Below, in pieces: positions 43,047-53,362 of a stretch of DNA of 64,000 nt (within the stretch, counting starts at the first letter, position 1; each line of letters begins with the position of its first letter). Source of the stretch: Alphaproteobacteria bacterium (GTDB lineage: Bacteria > Pseudomonadota > Alphaproteobacteria > JBFXJJ01); contig JBFXJJ010000006.1 of the NCBI GenBank assembly GCA_050175015.1, forward strand, positions 85,716-149,715, read 5' to 3'. Both the position numbers and the translations under genes were made by a program. The notes beneath the pieces were generated by a model. It saw only the letters and a list, made by a program, of their open reading frames with translations, was not told where the DNA came from and ran no database searches.

Positions 43047-44273
43047 ATGTCTGTTAGTAAAATAGAAGATGCCATCAAAGATTTCAAAGATGGCAAAATG
43101 GTTATTTTGGCTGATGAAGAAACCAGAGAAAATGAAGGTGATATAATCATTGCCGCTGAATTTATAACTCCAGATGTTATTAACTTTATGGCAAAATACG
43201 CTAGAGGCTTAATCTGTTTAGCTATGGCTCCAGAAATGGTTGATAAACTTGAATTGCCGATGATGACCAATAAAAATGAATCCAGTTTTGGAACGGGTTT
43301 TACGGTTTCTGTCGAGGCAAGAAAAGGCGTAACCACAGGAATTTCAGCTAAAGACCGAGCAACAACGATATTAGCAGCTGTAGCCAAAGATGCTGTTCCT
43401 GACGATTTAGTTTCACCGGGACACGTTTTTCCTTTAAGAGCTAATCCTGCCGGCGTATTAGGCAGAACAGGACAAACAGAAGGCAGTGTAGATTTGGCAA
43501 CCCTTGCAGGACTTAGGCCAGCTAGTGTTATCTGCGAAATAATGAAAGATAACGGCGAAATGGCAAGAATGCCAGATTTAGAAATCTTTGCTGAAAAGCA
43601 TAATATTAAAATTATTACAACGAAGGATTTGATTACATACCGTATGCGTTATGACAAATCCGTAATTACACGAGTTGCCGAAGCTAAAATGCCAACCGTT
43701 TATGGTGGCGAATTCAAAATGATTGCCTATAAAAGTTTTTTTGAAAAAGATACTCACATTGCTTTAGTAAAAGGTGATATAAAACCAGATGATGAAGTCC
43801 TTGTTAGGGTTCACAGCGAATGCCTAACTGGAGATGCCTTTGGTTCTTTGCGTTGTGATTGTGGTGAACAACTTCATGAAGCAATGAAAATGATAGACAA
43901 AGAGGGCAAAGGAGTTATCTTGTATATGCGTCAAGAAGGACGAGGCATTGGCTTAGAAGCAAAAGTAAAAGCATATCATCTTCAAGATGATGGTTTAGAT
44001 ACAGTTGATGCGAATACTAAACTTGGTTTTGCGCCAGATTTAAGAGACTATGGCGTTGGGGCTCAAATCTTGGTAGATCTTGGCGTTTCTAAAATGAGAT
44101 TAATGACAAATAATCCTAAAAAAATTGTAGGATTAGAAGGTTATAATCTCCATATTGTTGAAAGAGTTCCTATTGAAATAGCAGCTCACAAAGAAAATGT
44201 TACATATCTTGCGACCAAGCAAGAAAGAATGGGACATATGATTAATATTAAAGAATGCAGTTGTAAAAAATAA
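43047..44273 (+). CDS. ribBA: DHBP synthase / GTP cyclohydrolase II
   Basis: RENEGD, FTVSVEA, PGHVFPL, RVHSECLTGD.FGS.RCDCG, QEGRGIG, TNNPKK. Confidence 0.97.
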   Translation: MSVSKIEDAIKDFKDGKMVILADEETRENEGDIIIAAEFITPDVINFMAKYARGLICLAMAPEMVDKLELPMMTNKNESSFGTGFTVSVEARKGVTTGISAKDRATTILAAVAKDAVPDDLVSPGHVFPLRANPAGVLGRTGQTEGSVDLATLAGLRPASVICEIMKDNGEMARMPDLEIFAEKHNIKIITTKDLITYRMRYDKSVITRVAEAKMPTVYGGEFKMIAYKSFFEKDTHIALVKGDIKPDDEVLVRVHSECLTGDAFGSLRCDCGEQLHEAMKMIDKEGKGVILYMRQEGRGIGLEAKVKAYHLQDDGLDTVDANTKLGFAPDLRDYGVGAQILVDLGVSKMRLMTNNPKKIVGLEGYNLHIVERVPIEIAAHKENVTYLATKQERMGHMINIKECSCKK

Positions 44274-44293
44274 GATAAAAAGGTTTTAAAGCT

Positions 44294-44764
44294 ATGACAA
44301 AGATAAAAACAATAGAAGGTAAGCTAGATGCAAAAGGATTAAAATTTGCTTTGGTTGCCAGCAGATTTAATGATTTTTTTGTATCAAAGCTTATTGAAGG
44401 AGCGCTAGATTTCCTAGTAAGACATGGAGCTGAAGAGAGCGATATTACTATCGTAAGAGTTCCTGGTGCTTTTGAGATGCCACTTGCTGTTAAAAAGACC
44501 GCTAATTCTAAAAAATATGATGGTGTTATAGCTCTTGGAGCTGTTATTAAAGGCGCAACTCCTCACTTTGACTTTGTTGCAAATGAGGCAACCAAAGGCT
44601 TAGCTCATATTTCTTTAGAAAGTGAGATTCCTGTTGGTTTTGGGCTCTTAACTACAGATAATTTAGAGCAGGCAATCGAAAGATCAGGAACAAAAGCTGG
44701 CAACAAAGGGGTTGAGGCTGCTGAAGCAACTTTAGAATTAATTAGAGTTTTAGAACAGCTATAG
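44294..44764 (+). CDS. ribH: 6,7-dimethyl-8-ribityllumazine synthase
   Basis: [34 protein letters not shown]. Confidence 0.97.
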   Translation: MTKIKTIEGKLDAKGLKFALVASRFNDFFVSKLIEGALDFLVRHGAEESDITIVRVPGAFEMPLAVKKTANSKKYDGVIALGAVIKGATPHFDFVANEATKGLAHISLESEIPVGFGLLTTDNLEQAIERSGTKAGNKGVEAAEATLELIRVLEQL

Positions 44765-44933
44765 TTTATTTTTTATCTTTCACGTAAAAAATAAGCTTGT
44801 TATTCAAAACTTTCTAACTCTATAACTTATAAATGGTTCTTAATTTTTTATTAAAGTACTGTAATCAATAAATATTTTGATTATAAGACAATAGGAAGAA
44901 ATAAAGATTTAGAACGTCTTGCTATAATTATGG

Positions 44934-44971
44934 AAAAGCACTTTTAGGTTTTATTTAAAAGTGCTTTTTTT
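44934..44971. terminator. Bidirectional terminator
   Basis: aaaagcactttta...taaaagtgcttttttt between convergent genes. Confidence 0.7.
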
Positions 44972-45006
44972 AATAGGTTCGTATCTAATTAAAAAATACT
45001 TCAATT

Positions 45007-46659
45007 TTATTTCTTCTTAGCTTTCTTCTTGAGTGCATCAATATCGCCTACAGTATTGACATCTAAGGCCTCGTCATCACTAGCAAAAGGCACTTCACAA
45101 AGATAATCATAATGTTCGACCAGCACAGGGTGCAAATGGGCATTCTCGGGGACAATCTTAGCAACACTAAACAAGCTTCTTGCCCATAAAATAGGATTAC
45201 TCTTAACTTTTTTTGAAGTTGATACGCAAACAGCTTTCTTATCAAGAGGATCAAATTTCTCTATAAGCCTGTTAATCTGCTCTGGTGTCACAAATGGCAT
45301 ATCTCCAGGAAGAATAACCGCTCCGTTTATCGCTTGATTCAAGACTTCCAACCCAGTTTTAATTGATGTCGAAACGCCGCTTGTAAAGTCATTGTTTTTT
45401 ATGATTATGACATCTTTATCTTTTAATTCTTCTGTTATTAAATCTTCCTCAAACCCTGTTACTACAACCACTGGACTAGCTTTTGATTTCAAAGCAGCGT
45501 CAACCGTATTAGAGATAATAGTCTTCCCATCTTCTAGTTCATATAAAAGTTTATTATCGCCCATCATTCTTGCTCCTTTACCAGCAGCAAGAATGACTAC
45601 GGCTATTTTCTCTTTATTATCATCAACCTCGATTTTGACCAAGTTTTCGATTTTATCCAAAGCAACTGGCTGCCAAGCCTCTTTAGTTAAAAGCCCCCCT
45701 GCTCCTGTTTTGATTAAACTGTCATAAGTTACTGAACAATCAGCCATAACTCGTCTTAAAATTAAATCGATTGCACTATAATCGGCCTTATTACAATTGT
45801 CTGGCAAGACTATAATCTTTTTATATTTTTTATAATTGGCAATAAGAATATTTTCCCCAGGAAAATTAGGAACAAAAAAATTATCAACTTCAAAAGAAGC
45901 TTCTTCTAACACTTTAACAATAACGTCATCTTTATGATAATTAGCAAAGGCTCCTGAAAAAATAATAATCTCAGCATTAGAAGCCAAAGCATTGCTCAAG
46001 GCTTGATATATTTCCTCTTTTAAATGTTCACATCTGCTCTGTTCAACTACAGTCGCCCCAAAAGATGCTACTCTTGCAGCAATATTAGCTAAAACCGCTT
46101 GTTCGTTATCTTCATTAGTTTGAGATAGGAAACTTTGAATGAAATAAACCTTCTTCGGTTTATAGGGAGCAATATTAACTATTGAACCTAATCCCAATGT
46201 TGTTTTCAAATATTTTTCAATATTATCTTCCGATATAGCAGGAGGAATAAGGGAAACGGCTGCCAGCATCTGCCCGCTAGAAACTTGAGAAAAAGGAGGA
46301 ATTGTCGCTAAAATTACCTCTTGACCAGAACGATTAAATCTCTCAACTCTTTCGGTATCAATGTTGGCCAAACCATTTTTCGCCGCATAAATAAAACACC
46401 TGCCATTATCGTCAATGCGGTATGCCGTATCATTGCCAGCAATCGCTGACGCTAACTTTACAATAGCGGTATTCTTTAATAAATCGCTGGAAACAATTTT
46501 TGCCCCGCATACAAAGTGATAGCCTGCGCTTTTAAGCATTGCGACATCAGTATAATCAAGAATTTTGCCTGCAGGAATTGAATTATCTTCTCCCAACGCA
46601 ATACAAGTTGCAGTAACAACACCTAAGGCATCGTGTAACGGAAAATCTTTAAATTCCAT
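45007..46659 (-). CDS. Molybdopterin-binding domain / MocA-like nucleotidyltransferase fusion (divergent)
   Basis: N-terminal MoeA-like region (LATIPPF, PGE.IL); C-terminal VILAAGKGARM..NKLL, GDMPFV, DVNT..D. Confidence 0.75.
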   Translation of the reverse strand: MEFKDFPLHDALGVVTATCIALGEDNSIPAGKILDYTDVAMLKSAGYHFVCGAKIVSSDLLKNTAIVKLASAIAGNDTAYRIDDNGRCFIYAAKNGLANIDTERVERFNRSGQEVILATIPPFSQVSSGQMLAAVSLIPPAISEDNIEKYLKTTLGLGSIVNIAPYKPKKVYFIQSFLSQTNEDNEQAVLANIAARVASFGATVVEQSRCEHLKEEIYQALSNALASNAEIIIFSGAFANYHKDDVIVKVLEEASFEVDNFFVPNFPGENILIANYKKYKKIIVLPDNCNKADYSAIDLILRRVMADCSVTYDSLIKTGAGGLLTKEAWQPVALDKIENLVKIEVDDNKEKIAVVILAAGKGARMMGDNKLLYELEDGKTIISNTVDAALKSKASPVVVVTGFEEDLITEELKDKDVIIIKNNDFTSGVSTSIKTGLEVLNQAINGAVILPGDMPFVTPEQINRLIEKFDPLDKKAVCVSTSKKVKSNPILWARSLFSVAKIVPENAHLHPVLVEHYDYLCEVPFASDDEALDVNTVGDIDALKKKAKKK

Positions 46660-46887
46660 AAATACCACCTTTATGTTTTTTAGTTTAATTATGAAGTTTA
46701 ATCTGATTTTAAACTAAAACAATATTCTTTAAAGCTTTAATATAATTATTATCAAAATCTATTAGGCTAATGGTTTAGAGTTTTCAACACTTGGCTGTAT
46801 GCTTTTATTTAATTAGCAGACATTCTAAGCACTACTAATTAAACAAAATTAGCCATATTTATTATGATTTCGCCTAAATGCAGGCAT

Positions 46888-46917
46888 AAAAAAAGAGGGG
46901 TTGCCCCCTCTTCTTTT
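46888..46917 (-). terminator. Terminator after rpsI
   Basis: aaaaaaagagggg-ttgc-cccctctt; poly-T tail on the minus strand. Confidence 0.8.
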
Positions 46918-46932
46918 GTTTTCCAACAAAAC

Positions 46933-47427
46933 TTAACGTTTTGAGAATTGGTAACTTCTTCTTGCTTTTGCTTTACCATATTTCTTACGTTCAACAACTC
47001 TAGGATCTCTGGTTAAGAAACCATTTTTCTTAAGAGCTGTATGAAGGTCTGGTTCAAAAGCATCAAGACATTTACTAATACCGTGACGGATAGCTCCTGC
47101 CTGACCAGAAAGACCGCCGCCTTTAACTGTACAGAAAACGTCGAACTGAGAAGCTCTGTTTGTAACCACGAAAGGTTGGTTAATAATCATACGCAAAACA
47201 GGACGTGGAAAATATGTTTCTAATTCCTGATTGTTAACCGTGATTTTGCCAACACCTGGTTTAATCCAAACTCTAGCTACAGCATTTTTACGTTTACCTG
47301 AAGCATAAGAACGACCTAATTTGTCTTTTACAGCTTTGCGAGGTGCTTTTGCTTCTGTTGCAGAAGTAGAAGTGCTTACTGTTCCGAGTTTTTTCAGATC
47401 TTCGAAAGATTTGATTTCTTCAGCCAT
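46933..47427 (-). CDS. rpsI: 30S ribosomal protein S9
   Basis: [37 protein letters not shown]...QFSKR. Confidence 0.98.
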   Translation of the reverse strand: MAEEIKSFEDLKKLGTVSTSTSATEAKAPRKAVKDKLGRSYASGKRKNAVARVWIKPGVGKITVNNQELETYFPRPVLRMIINQPFVVTNRASQFDVFCTVKGGGLSGQAGAIRHGISKCLDAFEPDLHTALKKNGFLTRDPRVVERKKYGKAKARRSYQFSKR

Positions 47428-47897
47428 TATTTTACACTCCTTACATTTTTACGATTTTTTGAAGCAAGATCAAACACTTCTGGTTTTTGTGCTTCATGAG
47501 GATGAACAGCGCCAGCATAAATATGAAGTTTACCCATTTGCTTTGCACCCAAAGAATTTCTTGTAATCATTCTTTCAACAGCTTTTTCGATAACTCTTTC
47601 AGGATATTTACCACCTAAAACAGCTTCAGCTGAAACACCTTTAATACCGCCTGGGTGACCAGTGTGTCTGTAATAAAATTTTTGTTTTGCTTTATTATTG
47701 CCTGTAAGATGAATTTTCTCGGCATTAATAATAATAACGTTATCACCACAATCAACGTGAGGTGTAAAAAGGGTTTTATGTTTACCACGAAGCAGTTTAG
47801 CTACTGTGGTTGCAAGTCTTCCGAGAATAAGCCCATCGGCATCAATAAGATACCACTTACGCTCAATTTCGGTTTCTTTTGCAGAAATTGTTTTCAT
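47427..47897 (-). CDS. rplM: 50S ribosomal protein L13
   Basis: W.LIDA...[37 protein letters not shown]. Confidence 0.98.
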   Translation of the reverse strand: MKTISAKETEIERKWYLIDADGLILGRLATTVAKLLRGKHKTLFTPHVDCGDNVIIINAEKIHLTGNNKAKQKFYYRHTGHPGGIKGVSAEAVLGGKYPERVIEKAVERMITRNSLGAKQMGKLHIYAGAVHPHEAQKPEVFDLASKNRKNVRSVK

Positions 47898-47966
47898 TGC
47901 TTTTTTCCAAAATTCTATAAAATAATTAAACTAATGCTTAAAAATATAATTCTTAAGATAAAAGGA

Positions 47967-47994
47967 ATTATGCACAAAGAAAAAAGATTGTCAA
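47967..47994 (-). promoter_or_regulatory. Sigma70-like promoter for rplM-rpsI
   Basis: Minus strand TTGACA-N16-CATAAT. Confidence 0.55.
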
Positions 47995-48205
47995 CAACAA
48001 AAAAACTCTTGTTTTCAATGTGTTAACAGCAGGTATTATAATACCATATCATAACATATTGATATATAATGTTTTATGCCATTTTTTGTGTGTTGTTTTT
48101 TTTATTGTTTGTCTTATCTTATAATTTAAAATACTATTCCTAGTAATAAATTACAAAAAAACACTATATATATTGTTTAATTTTTTTATAAGGTTAATTC
48201 GAGTA

Positions 48206-49489
48206 ATGGCTGCAACTAATCTTGCTTATAAAGAATATGAAAAATTCGAAACTGAAATAGATGATAGCAATTCAAACAATGATACTGAAAAACAAGAACA
48301 TTTTTTAGTATCACCTATTTTGGTTGACTTAGCTGACAATGGCGGCAATGTCGCATTCAGAACTTTTGAAGACTCCATAAATTGGGCAAGTGAAGAATTG
48401 GACACTTGGCGTTATATTGCGGTTTCATCTTCACCATCACAAAGGCTGCCGTTCTTAGCCGACATCTTAGCTCAACAGTTAAGCCCCGCTGAAAACATTC
48501 TAGAAACTGCTCATTCTGCCATTAATGGCGATTTAAGCTTTAAAGAAGCCGCGGGAGCAATCAGAAGATATCTTGATGCTTATGCCGCTTTTTGCTGTGT
48601 CCACAGCAAAAGCACTTTAGGGCAGATGGCTCTAACTATGGAAAAATATCGTCCTATGGTTTTAGGTATGCTTGCAGGAGCAACAGGTTGTGTTAGACCT
48701 GAAGCTGGCAGAGGTTTTGATAAAAGTGCTGATGTTGAAGCTTTTACTTTTGGCTATGCTATCGCGTTACAATTCAGATCAGGCTCACGTCCAGAAACAT
48801 TATCTGAAAAAATTGCGGAACTAGAAAACAGAATTAATGATTTCTGCAAAAAATTTGAGCCTTCAGAATTTAAACTAACAGATCTTTCTGAAGAATGTCT
48901 TTCCCTGCAAAAACAAATTGATGAAATTAAATTTAATATGGAAAGCATTGAAGAAATCAATAATCCTTTTTTAAATGATCTTTATAGCCAAAAAGAAAGC
49001 ACGGCAAAAACCGTCTCTCAGAATAAAAAAGAAAATGTATTAGAAAAAGATGAAAACGAGCAGATTATGACAAGAAAAACAATAGGGTCTGAGAAAGAAA
49101 CTGATACTCAAATGCCAAAAGCTGTTAATTACTGGCTGGAAATGGCTAATATGCACAACAGAAAATCGGCACAATCATTATACTGGTTTATTATTACGGG
49201 ACTATTTTCTATCACCACAATGATGATGATTATTGTTGCATTACAGCAATCAGGTTTCATTTTCAGAGGTCATTTTGACTTTGTAACTTTCGCCGTTTTA
49301 AGCGTTCCTATGTTTGTATCATTCTTGTTATTAGGTATGCTGGCATTTTCTCGTATAAAAAACGATAAGCTTGCAGATAAAGCCAGAGAAAAGATTGCAT
49401 TGCTTGAAACTTTAAATGAAATGAATTTTGGTGATTTAACTGATGTAACGACTAAAAAGAAAATCTTTGAAGAAGTTTTCATCAAATAA
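48206..49489 (+). CDS. Coiled-coil, two-TM membrane protein (resembles the DUF6161 architecture)
   Basis: Central coiled coil, then KAVNYW..A..H and two TM helices; likely start MAATNL at 48206. The family call is from memory. Confidence 0.6.
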   Translation: MAATNLAYKEYEKFETEIDDSNSNNDTEKQEHFLVSPILVDLADNGGNVAFRTFEDSINWASEELDTWRYIAVSSSPSQRLPFLADILAQQLSPAENILETAHSAINGDLSFKEAAGAIRRYLDAYAAFCCVHSKSTLGQMALTMEKYRPMVLGMLAGATGCVRPEAGRGFDKSADVEAFTFGYAIALQFRSGSRPETLSEKIAELENRINDFCKKFEPSEFKLTDLSEECLSLQKQIDEIKFNMESIEEINNPFLNDLYSQKESTAKTVSQNKKENVLEKDENEQIMTRKTIGSEKETDTQMPKAVNYWLEMANMHNRKSAQSLYWFIITGLFSITTMMMIIVALQQSGFIFRGHFDFVTFAVLSVPMFVSFLLLGMLAFSRIKNDKLADKAREKIALLETLNEMNFGDLTDVTTKKKIFEEVFIK

Positions 49490-49527
49490 CTATCAATTTT
49501 TTTAATAAAAAAATCAAAAATATAAAA

Positions 49528-49574
49528 AACACCTTAAATTTATGTCTGACTACATACATACTATTTAAGGTGTT
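49528..49574. terminator. Long hairpin after the membrane-protein gene
   Basis: aacaccttaaat...atttaaggtgtt (12-bp stem) with an inner tatgt/acata stem. Confidence 0.5.
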
Positions 49575-49735
49575 ATCTTTTAGCTATACGAAAAAATCTT
49601 TGAAACAAAAACCAGAAATTATCATTATTAAGACCTCTTTAAATCGCATAATTTTTATCAAAATCCTTGCCAAAACAGAGCGCTTGATGTCATAATCCCT
49701 GCTGAAAAAATAATATTATTTTAAAGGTCTTAATA

Positions 49736-50503
49736 ATGAAAGCTGTAATTTTAGCTGGAGGAATGGGAACACGAATTTCTGAAGAATCCCACCTCAAACC
49801 CAAGCCTATGATAGAAATAGGAGACCGCCCTATTCTATGGCATATTATGAAAATATATTCTCACTATGGCATAAATGAATTTGTTGTTTGTCTTGGTTAT
49901 AAGGGTTACGTAATCAAAGAATACTTTGCTAACTATTTTCTCCATATGTCCAATATCACCTTTGATATGAAAAACAACAAAATGGAAATTCACCAGCAGA
50001 AAGCTGAGCCTTGGCGAATTACGCTAATTGATACAGGTGAAGAGACTATGACAGGCGGCAGAATCAAACGCATAAAAGAATATGTCAACAATGATACTTT
50101 CTGCCTGACTTACGGTGATGGCGTTTCTGATATTAATATCGGTGACCTGATTAAGCACCACAAAGATAACAACCGCTTAGCAACGTTAACTGCAATTCAA
50201 CCTCCTGGACGTTTTGGTGCCCTTTCTCTTGACGGCAGCAAGATATTAAAGTTCCAAGAAAAACCTGCTGGAGACGGCGCTTGGATTAATGGTGGTTTTT
50301 TTGTTTTAGAACCTAAGATATTTGATTATATCCAAGACGATAAAACTGTTTGGGAAAATGAGCCATTACAAAACCTTGCTAATGACGGCGAATTAACAGC
50401 TTATTTTCATAAAGGTTTCTGGCAGGCAATGGACACCTTACGTGATAAAAGGCAACTAGAAGAATATTGGTCTAACGCAAAAGCTCCTTGGAAAGTTTGG
50501 TAA
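49736..50503 (+). CDS. rfbF: Glucose-1-phosphate cytidylyltransferase
   Basis: [13 protein letters not shown]...[37 protein letters not shown]. Confidence 0.96.
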   Translation: MKAVILAGGMGTRISEESHLKPKPMIEIGDRPILWHIMKIYSHYGINEFVVCLGYKGYVIKEYFANYFLHMSNITFDMKNNKMEIHQQKAEPWRITLIDTGEETMTGGRIKRIKEYVNNDTFCLTYGDGVSDINIGDLIKHHKDNNRLATLTAIQPPGRFGALSLDGSKILKFQEKPAGDGAWINGGFFVLEPKIFDYIQDDKTVWENEPLQNLANDGELTAYFHKGFWQAMDTLRDKRQLEEYWSNAKAPWKVW

Positions 50504-51555
50504 TGGTTCAATTTGCAGATATTTATAACAATCGTAAAGTATTAGTTACGGGGCATACGGGTTTTAAAGGAAGCTGGCTTAGTCTATGGCTTCAGAAAAT
50601 GAAAGCTGAAGTTACAGGAATTTCCTTAAAACCAGAAACTTCACCTAATCATTTTGATTTACTTAACTTAAGCATTAAAAACTATCTGCAAAATATTAAT
50701 GATTTTAATAATGTCCTTGATATTTTTCAAAAAGAAAAACCTGAAATAGTTTTTCATCTTGCCGCTCAAGCTTTAGTAAGACGGTCTTACAAAAATCCAC
50801 TAGAAACGTGGCAAAACAATATCATCGGAACCGCAAATATTATTGAAGCCTGTAGGCTTACGCCTTCAGTTCGAGCAATTATTATTATCACTACTGACAA
50901 ATGCTATGAAAACAAAGAATGGGTCTGGGGATACCGTGAAAATGACAGGCTTGGCGGTTATGATCCCTACAGTGCGTCCAAAGCTTGTGCTGAAATTGTT
51001 GCCGCAAGTTACCGCCAGTCTTTTTTTAATAACAATGATAACTCTCCGCTTTTAGCAACAGTTAGAGCTGGCAACGTCATTGGCGGCGGCGACTGGGCAG
51101 AAGATAGATTGATTCCTGATTTAGTTAGAGCTGTTGCCGACAAACAAACCTTAGAAATCAGATCGCCCAAAGCTACAAGACCTTGGCAGCACGTTTTAGA
51201 ACCGCTTTCGGGCTACTTATTGCTTGGGCAACGGCTTCTAGAGGGCGACAAGGACTGTGCAACATCTTTTAATTTTGGACCAGATGCAAACGGCAATAAA
51301 ACAGTTGAGAATGTCTTAAATGAGGCTAAAAAATCTTGGAGCCATATTAATTGGCATCAAGATAATACCCCCTCACCTCACGAGGCTGGTTTTCTGCATC
51401 TCGACTGCTCTAAGGCAAAAGCTATGCTCGGCTGGAGACCTTTATGGAATTTTGAATGCAGCATAAAAAAGACTGCCGAATGGTATCAAAATTATTATGA
51501 AAACAACAAGTGTATAAGCTTAAGTCAATTAGAAGAATACAGCAATGAACTTTGA
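50503..51555 (+). CDS. rfbG: CDP-glucose 4,6-dehydratase
   Basis: TGHTGFKGSWL, HLAAQALV, TDKCYEN, DPYSASK, RAGNVIGGGDW, RPWQHVLEPL; TAATG overlap with rfbF. Confidence 0.96.
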   Translation: MVQFADIYNNRKVLVTGHTGFKGSWLSLWLQKMKAEVTGISLKPETSPNHFDLLNLSIKNYLQNINDFNNVLDIFQKEKPEIVFHLAAQALVRRSYKNPLETWQNNIIGTANIIEACRLTPSVRAIIIITTDKCYENKEWVWGYRENDRLGGYDPYSASKACAEIVAASYRQSFFNNNDNSPLLATVRAGNVIGGGDWAEDRLIPDLVRAVADKQTLEIRSPKATRPWQHVLEPLSGYLLLGQRLLEGDKDCATSFNFGPDANGNKTVENVLNEAKKSWSHINWHQDNTPSPHEAGFLHLDCSKAKAMLGWRPLWNFECSIKKTAEWYQNYYENNKCISLSQLEEYSNEL

Positions 51556-52096
51556 AAAAACTCCTATTGATGGCGTTTTCATTGCCACAACCTCACCTTT
51601 TATTGATAACCGTGGAGCTTTTGCCAGACTATTTTGCGAAAATGATTTAAAACCTGTGATTGGCAAGCGCCATATCGTCCAGATAAATCATTCAAAAACC
51701 AAGACTATTGGTGCTGTTAGAGGAATGCATTTCCAAAAACCACCTTTTGCTGAAATGAAAATGATAAGATGTCTAAAGGGAAAAGTTTTTGATGTTGCCG
51801 TAGATTTAAGAGCTGGCTCAAAAACTTTTTTAAAGCATTACGCCTTGGAATTAAACCCTGAGAACAGCAAAATGATAATAATACCTGAAGGATTTGCCCA
51901 CGGTTTTCAGGTGTTGGAAGAAGACAGTGAACTTTTATACCTCCACACCGAGTTTTATAATAAAGATTATGAAGATGGTCTTTCTTATGCCGACCCTCTT
52001 CTTAATATTAAATGGCCTATACCAATTAAAGATTTATCTGACAGGGATAAAAATCACCAACTTATAACCCCAAGTTTTACAGGAATAGAAATATGA
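51545..52096 (+). CDS. rfbC: NDP-4-keto-6-deoxyglucose 3,5-epimerase (RmlC family)
   Basis: DNRG.F.R, RGMHFQ, DVAVDLR.GS.TF, IPEGFAHGFQ.L. Confidence 0.9.
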   Translation: MNFEKTPIDGVFIATTSPFIDNRGAFARLFCENDLKPVIGKRHIVQINHSKTKTIGAVRGMHFQKPPFAEMKMIRCLKGKVFDVAVDLRAGSKTFLKHYALELNPENSKMIIIPEGFAHGFQVLEEDSELLYLHTEFYNKDYEDGLSYADPLLNIKWPIPIKDLSDRDKNHQLITPSFTGIEI

Positions 52097-53316
52097 AATG
52101 TCGTCATTGCCATCAAGAACTGGAACATATTTTTTTAGATTTAGGCTTTGCTCCTCCTTCTAATGCTTACTTAAAAAAAGAAGATTTAAGCAAACCTGAA
52201 CGCTACTTTCCTTTAAATATAAAAGTATGCTCTAATTGCTGGCTGGTGCAAACCGAAGATTATGCTGATGCCGACGAATTGTTTGATGCCGAATATGCTT
52301 ATTTTTCCTCAACATCACAAGGCTGGCTGAACCACGCCAAACAATACTGCGATATGATAACCAATAAGCTTAATCTCAACGAAAACAGCTTGGCCGTAGA
52401 AGTAGCCTCAAATGATGGTTATCTTCTAAAGAACTTTGTCGAGGCAGGCATTCCTTGTCTGGGGATTGAACCAACGAAAAGCACTGCCGATGCTTCCAAA
52501 AAACTAAACATTCCTGTTGTTGAAGAATTTTTTGGCGAAAACCTTGCTATCTACTTAATTAGTAGAGGTAAAAAAGCTGATTTGATTATCGGCAACAATG
52601 TTTACGCTCACGTTCCAGACATTAATGACTTTACCAAAGGCTTAAAAATATTATTAAAAGATGACGGCGTGATAACTCTTGAATTTCCACATCTTTTAAA
52701 CCTTATCAATTTAAACCAATTTGATACAGTCTATCACGAACATTATTCTTATTTATCCTTAGGAGCAGTATCTGCTATTTTTCAAAAACAAGGATTAAAA
52801 GTTTTTGATGTCGAAAAACTGCCAACTCATGGTGGAAGCCTGCGTGTTTATGGCTGTCATAATGATTGCCCCAAAGATGTTTCAAATGCAGTCAAAGAAT
52901 GTCTTAAAGAAGAAATTGCAGGCGGTTTGCAACAGCTTGAAACTTATAAAGCATTTCAGCTTAAAGCTAATAAAATAAAAAATGATTTAGTTAAATTTTT
53001 GATTGATTGTAATGAACAAAACAAAAAAGTTGCCGCCTATGGTGCTGCGGCAAAAGGGAACACACTTCTTAATTATGGCGGGGTAAAAACAGATTTGCTG
53101 CCTTTTGTGTGTGATGCCGCGCCATCAAAACAGAATAAATATATGCCCGCCAGCCATATTCCAATATTAGCTCCAGAGGCTATTAAAGAATACAAACCCG
53201 ATTATGTTGTTATTCTGCCTTGGAATATTGCCGAAGAAGTAACAAATAAGTTATCTTATATTAAAGAATGGGGCGGAAAATTTGTAACAGCGGTTCCTGA
53301 ACTAAAGGTTTGGTAG
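52093..53316 (+). CDS. NDP-sugar C-methyltransferase (SAM-dependent, Zn-binding)
   Basis: CRHC...C..C.LVQ, EVASNDGYLL, GNNVYAHVP, YHEHYSY, HGGSLR, YGAAAKGNT. Confidence 0.9.
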   Translation: MKCRHCHQELEHIFLDLGFAPPSNAYLKKEDLSKPERYFPLNIKVCSNCWLVQTEDYADADELFDAEYAYFSSTSQGWLNHAKQYCDMITNKLNLNENSLAVEVASNDGYLLKNFVEAGIPCLGIEPTKSTADASKKLNIPVVEEFFGENLAIYLISRGKKADLIIGNNVYAHVPDINDFTKGLKILLKDDGVITLEFPHLLNLINLNQFDTVYHEHYSYLSLGAVSAIFQKQGLKVFDVEKLPTHGGSLRVYGCHNDCPKDVSNAVKECLKEEIAGGLQQLETYKAFQLKANKIKNDLVKFLIDCNEQNKKVAAYGAAAKGNTLLNYGGVKTDLLPFVCDAAPSKQNKYMPASHIPILAPEAIKEYKPDYVVILPWNIAEEVTNKLSYIKEWGGKFVTAVPELKVW

Positions 53317-53362
53317 AACGTTAGAATAAAATGCAACAATATTATTAAAAGTCAGGCTTGAT

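Noticed and set aside
49528-49574. Shared 'ctgacta' loop between this hairpin and the one at 57129-57157
   Set aside because: A 7-nt match with unrelated stems; likely coincidence.
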